From the IMG/VR virus record IMGVR_UViG_3300011952_000016: 6,294 nt of DNA, one strand, 5' to 3'. Source of the DNA: a virus (lineage: Duplodnaviria > Heunggongvirae > Uroviricota > Caudoviricetes). Below the pieces are notes generated by a model, which saw only the letters and a list, made by a program, of their open reading frames with translations, was not told where the DNA came from and did no database searches. Both the position numbers and the translations under genes were made by a program. This document shows positions 1 to 6,294 of this stretch, piece after piece. Within the stretch, counting starts at the first letter, position 1. The number at the start of each line of letters is the position of its first letter.

Positions 1-398
1 GAGCGATTCCGCCTGTTTACCGATATCGCCATAAAGCGCGGCCAGTGATTCATCAACGCGGGTGAGCGACAGCGTAAAATCAATTTTTCGGGGTGTGCCG
101 TCTGCAAAGAAAATACTCCCTGTTTCACTCACCTTACTGATGACATACATGCCGTAAATCATGCCGGTGCCATCCAGCAACGGCCACGCCCGACCTTCCT
201 CTGCCATCAGCCTGAGCGTGGTCATCGTCAGCTTGCCGCCGGTCAGTTCGGGATAAAGCACACCGGCCAGCGTGATGTTTTCCTCGCCAACGCCGAGAAA
301 CTGGAATTTGACGGCCAGCGATAATCAGATTCACGCTGCATGGTCTGGTGTGGCAACGTCTGGCGCATAAAAACAAACATACCTAACGCGAGCATCAT
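1..398 (-). pseudogene. U: P2-type tail protein gpU, 5' portion (3' end lies beyond window start); reading frame broken near 300-305
   Basis: ATG at 398-396 sits 9 nt downstream of GGAGG (412-408) and 15 nt after the tape-measure stop (TAA 415-413). It encodes MMLALGMFVFMRQTLPHQTMQRESDYRWPSNS, then reaches TGA at 245-243 after 51 codons. The rest of a gpU-like sequence (KFQFLGVGEENITLAGVLYPELTGGKLTMTTLRLMAEEGRAWPLLDGTGMIYGMYVISKVSETGSIFFADGTPRKIDFTLSLTRVDESLAALYGDIGKQAESL) is in a different frame, open from 324 down past position 1. Confidence 0.75.
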
Positions 399-412
399 TT
401 TTCGTCACCTCC

Positions 413-2640
413 TTAACCGTCATGCATCATGCTGGCACGGGCGCGCGCACGTTTATCCCGCTCGTATTTTTCGAGCGCATCCTGTAACTGGCGGTCAAGC
501 TGTGTCCCCGGCGCAGTACCACCCGTCAGGCTGATGTGATATTCGTTTTTACTCTGGTCCACATAAGAGCGGCCAGCCGGTGCCGTAACCGGCTGATAAG
601 CCTGATAACCTGCATAAGAGCTGGTCGCCGGAATATAACCACCGGTGCCATACGTGGCGGCATGAGTTCTGGCGGCGGTCTGGTCAAGTGTGTCTGACTC
701 TTTGTTGATAACACCGAGTTTTTCCAGTACCCAGTCAATACCGCTGCGCAGTTTGTTGAACGCATTAAGCGGCAGCATCAGCGCGTCAGCCAGTGCCTGC
801 CCGAACATGACGCCCGTGTCACGGCAACGGTTCAGGGTGTCCTGGGTGGCTTTGACCGGGGCAATCAGGTTTTTAAACCACTGCCACGCGGCCTGTAACT
901 TTTCACCCAGCCAGTTAAACAGCGGCTTAAGTGGCGTGAACAGTTCCCCCACCGGCGCAAATGCCGCTTTCAGCCCTTCAACCACACCGCCAAAGAATGC
1001 GCTGACAGGCTCCCAGTATTTACGGATAAGCAACGCCCCGGCGACAATGGCAGCCACCACGGCCACAACCGGCCAGCTAATCGCACCGATGGCCGTCATA
1101 ACGGCACTACCAACCGTCGTGAAGATTGCCCCCATTGCGCCTGCTGCCGCGATAATGGCATTGATGCCGGTGATAACCGGCCAGGCTACAAGGCCAATGG
1201 CACCGATGACACCAGTCAGCGCCAGTGCACCGCCGGCAATGATGCCGATGGTTGACGCCAGTGATTTGTTTTTCTGTATCCAGCCGTCGAGTTTTAACAC
1301 ATACTTTGTGGCCGTCTGCGTGAGCTTACGCAGTGCGCCTTCCTGCTGGTCAAACAGGTCAGTCCCCACCGCCTCATAAGCGGACTGAAACTCCTTAAAG
1401 TCGCCGCCGAGGTTATCCTGCATGATATTTACCAGCTCGGCGGTCTTCCCGTCTGAGGCTTTAAACGCAGCAGTCAGTTTGTCCAGCTTTCCGGTTGAGG
1501 CGGCAGTCATCAGCACGGCGGCGGCTGAGCTGGCCTCCTCCCCGAAAATAGTTTTCATGTATTCAGCCTGCTGGGCAGTACCGAGCCGGTTTTTCTCAAA
1601 ACTGGCCTGCATTTCTTTCAGAATGGTAAATATTGGTCGGGTATTCCCCTTACTGTCTGAGGTTTTCACGCCAAGCTCTTTGAGTGCATCCCATGCTTTT
1701 CCCGTTGGTGCCTGCAGGCGACTTAACACGGCACGGCTTCCCGTCCCCNNNNNNNNNNNNNNNNNNNNNNNNNNNNNNNNNNNNNNNNNNNNNNNNNNNN
1801 NNNNNNNNNNNNNNNNNNNNNNNNNNNNNNNNNNNNNNNNNNNNNNNNNNNNNNNNNNNNNNGCGCACCGGCTGCATCATCTGCCGAGGCTGCGGTATTG
1901 TCGCCGAGCTGGCGCGCCTGCTTGCGTAGCGCGGCCATTTCGGCGGAGTCTTTTGCCACACCGAGCACAGCCTGCAATTCTGAGTTTTTCTGCGCAAACT
2001 CATAACCGGGCATCAGCAGCTTAACTCCGGCCATCGTTCCCGCAGCTGCAATCCCCACACCGGCAGCGCCCACTGAGGGCATATTTCCGGCCAGTTCCTT
2101 TCCTGCCTGATAACGCTGTTTGACTGCGTTAAGTTTTGCCTGTTGTGCACTGACACGCGCCAGCGCGTCACGCTGACGGTTAAGCTGTGCGGTGGTTTCA
2201 CTGATACGGTTTTTCAGTCCCTGCTCATCATGTGCAAGATTGCGGGTATTAATTCCCACAGCGGCCAGTTCCCGCTGCTGGCGTTTAACGGAATCTGTCA
2301 GGCGGTTATATTTCGCCTGTAAGTCCTCCGCCGCACGCTTTGCGGATTCCAGCACTTTCGCCTGAGCACGGGTCGGACGTTCGGTGTTTTTAAACTGTGT
2401 GGCAAGGGCTTCGGCTTCCTGTCGAGCCTTTTCAAGTGCATGACCAGTCACGGCGAGCTGTGCACTGGTCTTGCGGAATCCCTCAATACGGGATGCGTGA
2501 CCGTTCAGCTCGCGCAGTGATTTTTGTGTTTCCCGGATATCCCCCGACAGCGACTTGCTCGCTGTACGGATGGATTTAAACGGGCGGGATGCCTGGTCAA
2601 CAGCCCTGAGCAATACCTGTAATTTTACATTGTTACTCAT
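413..2640 (-). CDS. T: phage tail tape measure protein (P2 gpT-like), interrupted by a 114-nt N-run
   Basis: ORF 1723..2640 starts MSNNVKLQVLLRAVDQASRPF and is coiled-coil-like and rich in A/Q/R/K. ORF 413..1729 continues with a glycine/alanine-rich hydrophobic segment and the C-terminal part, ending TAA 415-413. The two pieces are separated by N 1749..1862 and are in different frames across it. The ATG at 2640-2638 overlaps the E' stop (ATGAGTAA). Confidence 0.9.
1749..1862. other. run of 114 ambiguous bases (N), a gap or masked segment inside the tape measure gene
   Basis: Directly visible in the sequence. Flanking coding frames differ by one nucleotide, so the N length is not the true length. 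Confidence 1.
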
Positions 2641-3060
2641 TCGTGTTTCCGCTTCGCCGGAGCGCCTTTTCGCGCCATGTGATGAGTTCGGTCAGGCTCA
2701 TGGGATACAGTTCTGATGGCGGCCAGTGAAATATCACTGCCACATCCGCCATCAGGTCATCGACCGAGAGATTTTTCGGAAACGTCACTGCACCGAGTTC
2801 GGCGACAAAAAACCGACCACCTTACCGGCCAGCGCCACAAGGTCAGGCAGCTCCAGCGCGGCGACCTCCTGCTCAGTCAGCATCGGTGCCGTCATGCGCG
2901 GCAGCACTTTAATCAGTGCATCGACTTCGGAGTTTGCGACCGCAGCCAGACTGACACCGCGCAGCGTCCCGGCATTGGGTTTCATCAGCGTGACCTGTTC
3001 GATAACCTGCTCACCACGCTTGACCGGATTGTCCAGGGTAATCACATTTTCTTTGTTCAT
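2633..3060 (-). CDS. E+E': gpE+E' tail assembly chaperone made by programmed -1 ribosomal frameshift (predicted 142 aa)
   Basis: Slippery heptamer T_TTT_TTG at 2812-2806 in the E frame. The -1 frame downstream is open for 57 codons (VAELGAVTFPKNLSVDDLMADVAVIFHWPPSELYPMSLTELITWREKALRRSGNTNE) and ends at TAA 2635-2633, overlapping the tape measure ATG. This is the same arrangement as lambda G/GT and the reported P2 E/E' frameshift. Confidence 0.75.
2785..3060 (-). CDS. E: tail assembly chaperone gpE (91 aa)
   Basis: ORF MNKENVITLDNPVKRGEQVIEQVTLMKPNAGTLRGVSLAAVANSEVDALIKVLPRMTAPMLTEQEVAALELPDLVALAGKVVGFLSPNSVQ with stop TGA 2787-2785. It sits between the tube and tape measure genes, as P2 E does. 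Confidence 0.9.
   Translation of the reverse strand: MNKENVITLDNPVKRGEQVIEQVTLMKPNAGTLRGVSLAAVANSEVDALIKVLPRMTAPMLTEQEVAALELPDLVALAGKVVGFLSPNSVQ
2806..2812 (-). other. -1 programmed frameshift slippery site TTTTTTG (X_XXY_YYZ)
   Basis: Minus-strand sequence GGT TTT TTG TCG at codons 83-86 of E. Classic heptamer 22 nt before the E stop. Confidence 0.75.
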
Positions 3061-3088
3061 GGTTTTCTCACTTCTGAATCAGGGTTAA

Positions 3089-3109
3089 CCGGTCAGCCAG
3101 GCTGACCGG
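3089..3109 (-). other. perfect GC-rich stem-loop (9-bp stem CCGGTCAGC/GCTGACCGG, 3-nt loop) in the FII-E intergenic region; candidate attenuator or mRNA-stability element
   Basis: Inverted repeat read directly from the sequence, starting 7 nt after the FII stop (TGA 3119-3117) and about 28 nt before the E start. No U-tract follows it on the transcribed strand, so it is not a canonical intrinsic terminator. Confidence 0.5.
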
Positions 3110-3116
3110 ATGAAAA

Positions 3117-3685
3117 TCACAGGCCGATATTGCGGCGGTGTTGCTCCAGCCGGTCGACGCCGTTCACCTTCTCAATCATGTTGATGGTGTCGATTTCGAC
3201 CAGCTCCTTACCGTCCATCGTCAGCCGGAAATAGGTGCAGACCACGGAGATTTTCGACTCGGTGTCTTCTCCCTGTTTACCCTCGCCGGTGTCGATTTCT
3301 TTCTGACGTCCACGCATGACCACTTCAACGGCCACCGTTTCGCCGGTATCGTCGCGCTGGTAAGAGCCGGTAAAGCGCAGCGGCACGGCAGTCGCACCCC
3401 ACTGCGTAAGCACCAGGTCATCNNNNNNNNNNGTACGGCATCCACACCGGTTGCGGCGTAAAGCTCCCAGATAACCGAATCCGGGAAGCCCCCGAGCGAC
3501 CACTCCATTGACAGCGCATCGTCATCAAGGCCGAGATCTACCGGGGCGCTGCCGTTCATCCCCGCACCGCGATAGTTTTCGAGCTTACGGGTCAGTTTTG
3601 GCAGCGTGACGGACTTTGCAACGCCCTGATAGCTGTAGCCGTTCAGAAAGACGTTCATTAACTTGAGTTTGCGCGGCATTGCCAT
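3117..3685 (-). CDS. FII: major tail tube protein (P2 FII-like), interrupted by a 10-nt N-run
   Basis: ATG 3685-3683 is preceded by GGAG overlapping the FI stop. The N-terminal 84 aa are MAMPRKLKLMNVFLNGYSYQGVAKSVTLPKLTRKLENYRGAGMNGSAPVDLGLDDDALSMEWSLGGFPDSVIWELYAATGVDAV. The C-terminal 101 aa (DDLVLTQWGATAVPLRFTGSYQRDDTGETVAVEVV...VDRLEQHRRNIGL) follow the N-run in another frame, ending TGA 3119-3117. Confidence 0.9.
3423..3432. other. run of 10 ambiguous bases (N) inside the tail tube gene
   Basis: Directly visible. The frame is not preserved across it (one base more or less would join the two halves). Confidence 1.
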
Positions 3686-3697
3686 CGGTCAGGCTCC

Positions 3698-4760
3698 TTA
3701 ATTGCTGTTAACCGAGGTGACCAGATTTGCCAGGTATTTATCGGTAATACGCTGGCGCAGGGTCAGGTTTTCAAGAGGAGGCACCGGGGTATAGTCGTTG
3801 AGGGTTTCCGCATCGTTGGATCCTTCGCTGAACCAGCAGGTCGCATCCACGATATAGCCGTTTGTTTTCAGCTCACGGAATTTGGCATTGATGCCGTCAA
3901 CGATGTCGCGAATCAGCGTTGCGGTGATGGGCTTGTCCACCGCCCACATGTGCGCCTCAGCCATCGTGTCGGCCAGCACCTGCGCGGTGCGGGTGTAGTT
4001 TTCAAAGAGGAACAGCGGGTCATCAGAGCAGGTACGGTTACCCCAGAAGCGGAAACCGTCGCGGCGAATCAGCGTAGTGACGCCTGACTCGTTAAGCAAG
4101 TCAGCATCGGTGCCGGACTCCTGCAAATCCCAGAATACAGAGGCGCTGATGCCGGTAACACCGTTCACCCCGACATTGGACAGCGTTTTATGCCAGCCCT
4201 GCTCCTGGTCGATTTTAGCGCGCAGCCCCAGTGCACGGGCGGTGGCATACGCGGTGACGGTGGTACTGGTGACCGTATCCCATGCGAGGAAATCCGGCCA
4301 GATGACCATCAGCTCACGCTGGCTGAAATTCTGGCGGTAGGCTTTCACCTCGGAAATGGTCTTACAGCCCCATGCGCTGATATATCCGAAAGCGCGCAGC
4401 TTCTGACAGACTGATGCCAGTGCAACAGCCACCTCTTTGGTATCCAGCCCCGGCACACCAAGAATACGCGGTTTAACACCGGTCGTCGCCGGTGCCGTCT
4501 TCCACACGTACGACAACGGTGACCGGTTTTGACTGGTCGGAGATGGCCTGCAACGATGCCGCCAGCGTGCCTTTTTTACCGGCCTTTGCAATTGCGCTCT
4601 GCACATTGGTAATCAGTACCGGTTTATTGAGGGGGAAGGTTTCGACATCCGCATCGCTGGCCGTACAGACCATGCCGACAATGGCCGTGGATACGGTGGA
4701 AATGACGCGGGTGCCGTCGTTAATCTCCAGCACCTGCACGCCGTGATGATAGTCACTCAT
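3698..4760 (-). pseudogene. FI: tail sheath protein (P2 FI-like) with a disrupted reading frame (apparent out-of-frame internal deletion)
   Basis: ORF 4473..4760 encodes the sheath N-terminus [38 protein letters not shown]...[10 protein letters not shown], then RC and a stop (TAA 4475-4473). The remainder ([40 protein letters not shown] ... [14 protein letters not shown], stop TAA 3700-3698) is in a second frame beginning at about 4477. The total span is 1063 nt, which is not a multiple of 3. RBS GGAG at 4772-4769. Confidence 0.8.
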
Positions 4761-4792
4761 CCGTTTAACTCCGTGGTTAATGGGTGAGTGGT

Positions 4793-4845
4793 ATTTTCAG
4801 TTGTGCCGGAGATGTCAGGCTATTTGTCCCGGTTGGCTAATCAAC
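4793..4845 (-). promoter_or_regulatory. putative late promoter for the FI-FII-E-T-U operon (P2 P_F equivalent): imperfect dyad GTTGATTAGCCAAC plus a -10-like GAAAAT
   Basis: Dyad at 4845-4832 lies about 50-55 nt upstream of a -10-like hexamer GAAAAT (4798-4793), which is about 33 nt upstream of the FI ATG. This geometry resembles activator-dependent P2 late promoters (element centred near -55). An exact TGT-N12-ACA match was not found. Confidence 0.3.
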
Positions 4846-4860
4846 AGCACAACCACCGGG

Positions 4861-4886
4861 AAAGAAAACGCGGGCAATCAGCCCGC
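4861..4886 (-). terminator. rho-independent terminator after the tail fibre assembly gene (end of the fibre operon)
   Basis: On the minus strand: GCGGGC-TGATT-GCCCGC hairpin (4886-4870) immediately followed by GTTTTCTTT (4869-4861), starting 6 nt after the Tfa stop (TAA 4895-4893). Confidence 0.7.
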
Positions 4887-4892
4887 CTGTGT

Positions 4893-5471
4893 TTATTGCG
4901 GTAGTTCCGGCCATTCAATATCCGGGGCATTTTCCGGCTGAACGCGATTCAGTAGCACACGGTATTTTTTCCAGTGTGTCAGGCTTAACTTTTCTTCCTC
5001 GGTAGCCATATCTAAATCGACAGCATCCTGCAGCGTGGCAATAATTTCACCTGCATATGCAATCTGCTCTTTCTTCTGAGACTCCGCCGCTCTGACAAGC
5101 GCATCACGTTCTGCATTCTCATCATTCACCCACGCATTTCCGTCCCATTTCTGATAATCCCCCTCCGGGGAAATAGCTGTCACGTCTGGAGGTAATACGC
5201 CAAGTTCAGAAATATAAATGGCTGCTCCTGTTTTCGTTTCGTAGACGGTCTTTCCGCGATGGTCTTCCATCAGTTCCCATTTCATTTCATCTGCATTGAA
5301 AACGGCTGCATAACCAGCAGGAATATCAGGTGGTGCAATATCTGTACTGTTTGCAGGCAGGCCAGTATACGGCGGAATATATGCATCACTTTCGCCAATA
5401 AACTCATTGGTTCCATTAAGTAAATTGAAAGCGCGGATAGTTTGTGCTTCTGCACTCATTCTGAAAGCCAT
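4893..5471 (-). CDS. tfa: tail fibre assembly chaperone (Tfa; P2 gene G equivalent)
   Basis: 192-aa [81 protein letters not shown]... with the conserved Tfa N-terminal region. Its ATG shares a base with the tail fibre stop (TAATG at 5473-5469). Confidence 0.9.
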   Translation of the reverse strand: MAFRMSAEAQTIRAFNLLNGTNEFIGESDAYIPPYTGLPANSTDIAPPDIPAGYAAVFNADEMKWELMEDHRGKTVYETKTGAAIYISELGVLPPDVTAISPEGDYQKWDGNAWVNDENAERDALVRAAESQKKEQIAYAGEIIATLQDAVDLDMATEEEKLSLTHWKKYRVLLNRVQPENAPDIEWPELPQ

Positions 5472-6294
5472 TATGCAAGCCTCACAATATAGTTAAATGC
5501 GATGTTTTTGACGGTGTTTTCTGTATTACCTGTAGCATTAACGGTAATAGAGTGCCCGTGTGAGCCAATAGCAACCGTGTGTGAATGTGCACCAATACCA
5601 ACCGTATGATTATGTGCACCAATATCTACCGTGTGGGCATGATTCCCGGCAGCTCCTGATGTGCCATTAAACGATGGGTTGTCAAAGCCTGTTTTATTAG
5701 TATTGGCATTCCCTCTGTAAATGGTATGTGTATGGTTACCAGTGGTATTAGTGGTTTTTGTTCCGTAGTTAAACGTACTGACTGTCTTCGTCCCGTAATC
5801 AAACGAACTGGTTGTTTTCGTTCCCAAATCCGTATTTGACGCACTGGCGCTGTGAGTATGCGATTTAATCCCGTCCTGTTCCTGTGACAATACAGCACGC
5901 CCACTGGCGGGTTTGCCCTTGATTGTCCAACCGCGCATATCCGGAATAACACCAGAAGGATAGGCTATAGCCAGTTTCGGATATGCTGCCTTATCAAACG
6001 TCTGCCCCTGCATAATTGCATAGCCTGCAGGTGGTGTATCTGATGGCCACGGCAGCGGAACACCTGGCGGAAACGCTTCAATATTTGCCGAGCCGTCAAA
6101 TTTTACGCCGTTAATTGTCCTTGCTGTTTTCAGCTTTGTTGCTGTAGCCGCATTGCCGGACAGTTCGCCTGAAAGACCACCGCTGAATGTCTGTTTCGCC
6201 GCCCATGTCTGAGCTTCGTCAATAATTGGCACACGTCTTGTCGTGATCGTGCGGCTTCCCGGATTTCCTGAAATACGCACCATAAAAAAGCGGT
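5471..6294 (-). CDS. tail fibre protein, C-terminal (distal, receptor-binding) part; 5' end probably beyond the window
   Basis: Frame is open from the window edge (no stop in 6294-6284). The first ATG (6283) has no obvious RBS (T6 run upstream). Contains the fibre motif [21 protein letters not shown], a collar-like segment ([37 protein letters not shown]), GTKT repeats and HxH repeats. Stop TAA 5473-5471. Confidence 0.85.
   Translation of the reverse strand, partial: RFFMVRISGNPGSRTITTRRVPIIDEAQTWAAKQTFSGGLSGELSGNAATATKLKTARTINGVKFDGSANIEAFPPGVPLPWPSDTPPAGYAIMQGQTFDKAAYPKLAIAYPSGVIPDMRGWTIKGKPASGRAVLSQEQDGIKSHTHSASASNTDLGTKTTSSFDYGTKTVSTFNYGTKTTNTTGNHTHTIYRGNANTNKTGFDNPSFNGTSGAAGNHAHTVDIGAHNHTVGIGAHSHTVAIGSHGHSITVNATGNTENTVKNIAFNYIVRLA
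5540..5647 (-). repeat. four tandem imperfect 27-bp repeats encoding 9-aa HxH units (GNHAHTVDI / GAHNHTVGI / GAHSHTVAI / GSHGHSITV) in the tail fibre tip
   Basis: Verified by codon-by-codon translation of 5647-5540. HxH repeats of this kind coordinate metal ions in the T4 long and short tail fibre tips. Confidence 0.85.
5735..5824 (-). repeat. three tandem imperfect 30-bp repeats encoding GTKT-type 10-aa units ([10 protein letters not shown] / [10 protein letters not shown] / [10 protein letters not shown]) in the tail fibre
   Basis: Translation of 5824-5735. The nucleotide periodicity is visible directly. Confidence 0.75.

Noticed and set aside
134-376. 80-aa minus-strand ORF
   Set aside because: It is an alternative frame inside gpU. 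The real gpU frames on either side of the lesion account for this region.
690-1379. 229-aa plus-strand ORF (Pro/Ala/Ser/Thr-rich), and the other plus-strand ORFs at 340..534, 1422..2024, 1684..1929, 2397..2579, 2716..3105, 2726..3088, 3138..3461, 4077..4340, 4190..4414 and 4492..4746
   Set aside because: All lie antisense to well-supported tail genes in GC-rich DNA, have low-complexity or Arg/Pro/Ser-rich composition, lack convincing RBS/start context, and several run through N blocks. These are typical shadow ORFs.
2013-2201. 62-aa minus-strand ORF, plus the 117-aa ORF 1650..2003 and the 79-aa ORF 526..765
   Set aside because: Alternative frames within the tape measure gene. The 117-aa ORF also spans the N block.
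4761-4860. Exact TGT-N12-ACA late-promoter activator consensus
   Set aside because: Searched by eye on the transcribed strand. TGT and ACA occur with 16-nt spacing, not 12. Only an imperfect GTTG-N6-CAAC dyad is present, so the promoter call is kept at low confidence.
4761-4892. Accessory, moron or defence gene between the fibre-assembly and sheath genes
   Set aside because: The interval is 132 bp and is taken up by a terminator, a putative promoter and an RBS. No ORF fits.
5626-5952. 108-aa minus-strand ORF embedded in the tail fibre gene
   Set aside because: Out-of-frame overlap with the fibre coding frame, Arg-rich, and no independent start signals. Most likely spurious.
6265-6290. Possible Gin/Hin/Cin-type invertase crossover site (shufflon-style invertible tail fibre segment) near the apparent fibre start
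   Set aside because: Only one half (GTATTTCAGGAA on the minus strand) resembles the gix/hix right half-site. The other half does not match and the 26-mer is not palindromic. There is no inverted second tfa or fibre-tip copy downstream; the sheath gene follows directly. No invertase gene is in the window.
1-6294. CRISPR arrays, tRNA or other RNA genes, IS elements or transposon ends, integrase or att sites
   Set aside because: No direct-repeat/spacer periodicity, no tRNA-like cloverleaf candidates in the short intergenic gaps, and no terminal inverted repeats or transposase ORFs. The window is filled by contiguous tail genes.

Overview
The whole window is the late tail-gene module of a P2-like (Peduovirus-type) myovirus prophage of an enterobacterium, with every gene on the minus strand. 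Reading in the direction of transcription (high to low coordinate): tail fibre C-terminal part (6294->5471, runs off the window), tail fibre assembly chaperone Tfa/G (5471->4893), intrinsic terminator and a short intergenic region, tail sheath FI (4760->3698), tail tube FII (3685->3117), chaperone gpE with its -1 frameshift product gpE+E' (3060->2633), tape measure gpT (2640->413) and the 5' part of gpU (398->1, runs off the window). Protein identities rest on my recollection of P2 protein sequences (for example sheath [14 protein letters not shown]..., tube MAMPRKLKLMNVFLNGY..., gpU MMLALGMFVFMRQ...); no database search was possible. I see no room for, and no evidence of, an undescribed system: coding density is near 100 percent, all plus-strand ORFs look like antisense artefacts, and the P2 cargo hotspot between the fibre-assembly and sheath genes is only 132 bp. 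The points worth a second look are that the sheath gene and gpU each have a broken reading frame, that two N-runs (inside the tape measure and tube genes) do not preserve frame, and that the tail-fibre tip is AT-rich and repetitive relative to the GC-rich tail core. Together these suggest either a decaying prophage or a draft assembly, and only read-level data can tell which.
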